Virus record (IMG/VR): IMGVR_UViG_3300047375_000738
Strand: one strand, 5' to 3'
Length of the DNA stretch: 64,000 nt
DNA from: a virus
Taxonomy: Duplodnaviria > Caudoviricetes
This document shows positions 63,742-64,000 of this stretch, piece after piece. A program made the position numbers and the translations under genes. Under the pieces are notes generated by a model, which had not been told where the DNA came from, searched no databases, and saw only the letters and a list, made by a program, of their open reading frames with translations. Every line of letters begins with the position of its first letter. Position 1 is the stretch's first letter.

Positions 63742-64000
63742 TGTAAATGCTCCTTTATTAATTTGTAATCTTTTGCGTAATATTCCTTAATATCATTAAC
63801 AAGACTTTCATCCATTGCTTCTATTATTCTATTTTGAATTTCTCTCTTCTTGGTTTCTTTAGTAGAATTAATTTTAGGCAATGGTCGTATTTGTGGAAAT
63901 AGCTTAAATTTATGTTTTAATAATATATCTAAACCTCCATCATCCATATTATAAAAGTATAATTTTCCATAAGCTGGTAAAAATTTGTATTGCGGAACTG
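63738..64000 (-). CDS. C-terminus of a sulfotransferase-family-like protein (partial)
   Basis: Frame is open to the window edge (VPQYKFL...KINST...IKEYYAKDYKL); tail resembles Sulfotransfer_2 C-termini. Confidence 0.45.
   Translation of the reverse strand, partial: VPQYKFLPAYGKLYFYNMDDGGLDILLKHKFKLFPQIRPLPKINSTKETKKREIQNRIIEAMDESLVNDIKEYYAKDYKLIKEHLH

Noticed and set aside
1-64000. Stop-codon recoding, as seen in some large phages
   Set aside because: Long intact ORFs in code 11, and TAG, TGA and TAA all terminate genes with normal ATGA/TAATG coupling.
1-64000. tRNA genes, CRISPR arrays, IS elements or integrase
   Set aside because: Intergenic gaps are nearly all under 140 bp, and none shows a cloverleaf, a spaced repeat array or terminal repeats; no transposase or recombinase motif.

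Overview
Gene-dense, AT-rich fragment of a large T4-like (myovirus-type) phage genome in the standard genetic code. The host is probably alphaproteobacterial, inferred from MetK and Prs sequence flavour. No tRNA, rRNA, CRISPR array or mobile element is visible. Layout: (1) 1-6.4 kb, a tailoring-enzyme cassette (radical SAM, QueC-like PP-loop, two Fe/2OG oxygenases, flavin halogenase, AMP-ligase, GNAT-like, kinase-like). (2) 6.4-11.2 kb, a repeat-rich virion protein, a modular glycosyltransferase and a methyltransferase. (3) 11.4-34.7 kb, a large enzyme island: five twitch/SPASM-type and three B12-type radical SAM enzymes, six Fe/2OG oxygenases, two nitroreductases, SDR, ALDH, class III aminotransferase, GNAT, SET and PP-loop. 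(4) 34.7-39.4 kb, an S8 protease with a large insertion and a cupredoxin-like tail, plus a tail-fibre protein. (5) 39.4-46.3 kb, core genes (MoxR-type AAA + VWA/peptidase pair, RNase H). (6) 46.4-60.8 kb, a 7-deazaguanine module (QueE, FolE, T-fold QueD/DpdL-like, YhhQ, TGT/DpdA-like) interleaved with a glycosyltransferase, GalE, an amidinotransferase, a PLP enzyme, MetK and a purine PRTase, ending at a probable sliding clamp. (7) 60.8-64 kb, Prs and nucleotide-sugar genes. Regulatory grammar is readable: near-consensus sigma70 promoters, many leaderless, and T4-late-like (A/T)ATAAATA or ATAAGTA promoters, three of which sit in hairpins that would hide the RBS on read-through transcripts. Functional calls rest on motifs recognised by eye; no database searches were run.
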